The notes beneath the pieces are model-generated. The model was not told where the DNA came from and ran no database searches. It worked only from the letters and a program-made list of their open reading frames with translations. A DNA stretch of 64,000 nucleotides from an uncultured Acidobacteriota bacterium (GTDB taxonomy: Bacteria > Acidobacteriota > UBA6911): contig CAWHCF010000002.1 in assembly GCA_963827655.1 (NCBI GenBank), positions 64,001 to 128,000 on the forward strand, in the 5' to 3' direction. Positions within the stretch are counted from its first letter, which is position 1. Each line of letters starts with the position of its first letter. The translations under genes were made by a program, and so were the position numbers. This document shows, piece by piece, positions 61,801 through 64,000 of this stretch.

Positions 61801-62319
61801 GCGATGAGCGGCATCTGGGAAATTCCGGTTGGCCGCGGGCGCCGCTACGGCGGGCAGTTGCCGACGCTCGTCAACGGCATCGTCGGCGGCTGGCAGCTCA
61901 ACGGCGTGGTGACGCGCCAGTCGGGGGCTCCGCTCGGCTTCGGCAATGCCATCTTCACCGGCGATTTGAACGACATCGTCTTGCCGAAAAGCGAGCGCGA
62001 CGTCGACCGCTGGTTCAACGTCGATGCCGGATTCAACAAGAACACGGCCCAGCAGCTCGGCAGCAACATCCGCACCATGCCGTTGCGCTTCAGCGGCATC
62101 CGCAGCGACGATCAGTCGCGCTGGGATTTCTCGATCATCAAGAACTTCCCGTTCGGCGAGCAAATCAAAATGCAGCTTCGCGCCGAGGTGTTCAACGCCT
62201 GGAACCAGACGAACTTCGGCAATCCGAATACGACCCCGACCAACTCGGCCTTCGGCCGCATCACTGCCACGTCCGGGGACGCGCGCACCTGGCAGTTCGC
62301 GCTGAAGCTGGTTTTTTGA
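58858..62319 (+). CDS. Oar-like TonB-dependent receptor
   Basis: Signal peptide from ATG 58858; GRVTDSTGAVMPG, GTNTLHG, DDWKVNSRLTLNLGLRWE, terminal RTWQFALKLVF. Confidence 0.92.
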   Translation: MHIRVSITLGQFLLLAAIAAAQDPRGTILGRVTDSTGAVMPGVEVRATSTATNVKASAVTNDGGSYNIPFLLPGTYSIRAELSGFKKFAQDNVQVRVSETVELNFRMEIGELTETVTATAESPVLDTAGSSLGQVVDQRRVLELPLFAGNPMELTLLTPGVANATDMRLRKAAFNNAPSQIATDGNGQYNNEFQIDGVSNTFAAGNGTARVAFSPPATAISEFKMQTTPYDASVGHTIGAVTNVSTAGGTNTLHGEAHFWERNSAFDAPNFFNNKNNTEPPVYQDHRYGASAGGPVWIPGLYEGKNRTFWYYAWEANKWGVPSASTSTVPTAAQRAGDFSELLRLGNQYQIYDPLTTRAEAGGRFSRQPFPGNIIPQNRLDPVGQKLVNFFPLPNQPGTVDGRNNFFFTYKALEDYYVHLVRVDHAFSDKHRLFARVHYDFWEEDKNDIFGNRVNSLILNRINRGFAFDDVYVLNSKMVLNIRYGLTSQDFPERRASQGFDLSSLGFSPSLVSLVDKSVATIPRTAAGGYTRFANWESGDGTNTSLTHSLTGNVTRLEGSHNLKFGVDARVYRAFGNRFQLSTSPDLEYNSNYTRGPLDNSTTAPIGQELAAMLLGVPAGSMARSASFAMQDTFYGLYLHDDWKVNSRLTLNLGLRWELETPITERFDRLVGGFAYGQPNPIEAEAQANYARNPIPEIDPSAFRVLGGLMFLNQGGLERSPFYGEKNNFQPRIGFAYQLTRGTVLRGGYGIFHDTIGTNSNTALQSGFSQTTPIQASLDNGLTYVANNVNPFPTGLLSPLGPAGGLRTNLGQALTFYDTNLLQPYAQRWSLGIQQMLPSQFLTEATYVGNRGTRLGASRNINATPAQYLSTRPTRDQATIDYLSATFVSPFAGIDPIYPARTSRESLLRPYPHFGAVNVEEPTGYSWYHSLQARLERRFAQGFTFQLGYTWSKLMEAVEFLNASDPMPSEVIGSFDRTHRLAMSGIWEIPVGRGRRYGGQLPTLVNGIVGGWQLNGVVTRQSGAPLGFGNAIFTGDLNDIVLPKSERDVDRWFNVDAGFNKNTAQQLGSNIRTMPLRFSGIRSDDQSRWDFSIIKNFPFGEQIKMQLRAEVFNAWNQTNFGNPNTTPTNSAFGRITATSGDARTWQFALKLVF

Positions 62320-62413
62320 GGAATCTTCTGACCACGAAGACGCGAAGACACCAAGAAACATCAGACGCCGCTTGATTGCGTCGCGCTGTGTCCTGGTGGC
62401 TTTTTTCCTTTCG

Positions 62414-64000
62414 TCACGAACTAGCCCGGTTCAGGGCTCGTCCGAGCCGGCTCTTGAGTTCGCCCGCGCTCCCAGGTCGCCTTGCGCGGTCTCGCGCAAG
62501 GGCATCGAGGAAAAAGGCCGCCACGGACTCCGGGCACTCCGGAACTATCTCGCGGAGGTCCGGCACCGCGGCCTTGGATATGCAGTCGAGCGTTTCCTGG
62601 AGCGTGGAGCGGCGCATCGGGTTGCTCCCCGCGATGGATTCGTACAGCACCATCGTCAGGCTCCAGAGATCGAAAGAAGCGTCGGGCGGGTCATTGGCGA
62701 CAGCTTCCGGCGACAGGTACATCGGCGTGCCGACCAGCCCATGCGTGACCGTAATGGGCTTGAGGTCCGAATGGGGCGGGAGTGTCGTATCAGGCGCGTA
62801 GGCCCCTGGATCCACGTCTCCGCTTTCCTCGAACGAGACGCGCGAATCGACGATCCGGGCGAGCCCGAAATCCAGCAGCTTTGGGGTATTCTCCAGAGTG
62901 AAGCCTATGTTGCTGGGCTTGACGTCTCGATGCAGGATCCCGGAAGCATGAATGCGCACGAGCACGTTCGAGAGCACGATCCCCAGGTCCAGTCCGTCCT
63001 TCCAGCCCATAGGCGCTTGCGCGAGCCGGGCCGCGAGCGTTCCCCCCTCGAGAAACTCGAAGATCAGCATCGGCGTGCCGCGCCAGGTTTCGAGTCCGAA
63101 GATAAGCGCCAGATTGGGGTGGACGATTGAAGCCATCGCACGAGCCTCGCGGCGCAGCCGAACCGCGTGCTCTGGAGAGACCCGCGGCAGGGTCTTGATC
63201 GCGACAGTCCGGCGAAGCGACAGATCAAACGCGCGATAGACGACCCCCATTCCTCCTTTGCCGACGCGTTTCGCGAACCTGAACTTCCCGAGCAGGACGT
63301 ATGGAACAACTGCGATCTCGCTTTCTCCTCCGCAGAACTTGCAGGGCTTCACCGTGGCGCGAAAGACGGCGCCGCATGTTCTGCATTCGCCTGCCGTGCT
63401 GTCGTCGGCAGCCCTAGGGACTCCCGGACTCGTTTCGAGCTCGTCCGCTCCCTGGCGCGACACGGCGAAGGCCGGGCTGATCCTGATCAGGAGATTCTCG
63501 ACAGCGAAGGACGCAGAACCCGCAAGAGCATTCAACAGCAACCGGTCCTCCCGTGAAAACGGCAACTCGCTGAGCTTTCCGCCGAGGGCCATCACTCCGA
63601 CGAGCCATCGGTTCGACGTAATCAGCGGGACAAGCAGCTCGAAGGCGCCGTCGGCGAGCCACTGCTTGTCCTCCTCGGGGAGGCGACGCAGAGCAGATCG
63701 CGGGTTGCCAAGGTCGATGTCGAGCGCTTCGGTGCCTCCACTCAGTAATGCGACCAGCGGCGATGAGGCCCTAAGCGGACGTATCGTGCCTCTGAGGGGA
63801 AACGAATTCGCCGTAGGTCTCGCTCGAGCACAATACGACAACGGATTCCGGGTGCAGCGCCCGTTGAATGCCCGCGCCTAGAACCTCCGCCAGCTCGTCA
63901 ATGTTCTCGGCCTGGCGGCATTTGTCCACCAGATCGGCCAGAATCTGCTGCGAATCGTACTGCTCCCGAAAAAACCTTCGGTCTAACGCGTTCAGGACCT
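62414..64000 (-). CDS. Ser/Thr kinase with upstream GAF-like domain (5' end outside window; apparent frameshift near 63790)
   Basis: LDRRFFREQYD...ALHP in one frame, then LLVPL...GVMALG.KLSELPFSREDRLLL, a CxxC/CxxC linker, GKGGMGVVY, HRDVKPSN, DFGLA, GTPMYLSPE. Confidence 0.85.

Noticed and set aside
4652-62364. Family A repeats as a CRISPR array
   Set aside because: The copies are dispersed, degenerate and in both orientations, with no regular spacers and no cas genes.

Overview
A 64-kb, roughly 60% GC bacterial chromosomal segment, most likely Acidobacteriota. This is inferred from two Oar-type TonB-dependent receptors, an ADOP-type duplicated ABC permease, an acidobacterial VWA protein, three Hanks-type Ser/Thr kinases and a kinase-coupled ECF sigma factor. 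About 45 genes are present, mostly for envelope, periplasmic, redox and catabolic functions, plus two toxin-antitoxin pairs (MNT-HEPN and Phd-VapC). I found no rRNA, tRNA, CRISPR array, integrase or transposase. The most striking non-coding signal is a dense set of intergenic repeats. One purine-rich family (about AACAAATACCACRAAGACRCRAAGACACRAAGAAACRCYAAG) occurs at about 17 intergenic loci. There are also three heptamer arrays, REP/REPIN-like palindrome clusters and a probable MITE. Two oppositely oriented copies of one REP-like element bracket a haloperoxidase / ECF sigma / kinase module. Candidate undescribed protein systems are a cytochrome c-ankyrin plus CxxCH-prenyltransferase-barrel pair, a heme-c lipoprotein with a long structured leader upstream of a TonB receptor, an active plus degenerate enolase-superfamily pair, and normally cytoplasmic enzyme families carrying export signals. 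At least six genes show apparent single-base frameshifts, which most likely reflect assembly error. All assignments come from reading motifs by eye; no database searches were run.
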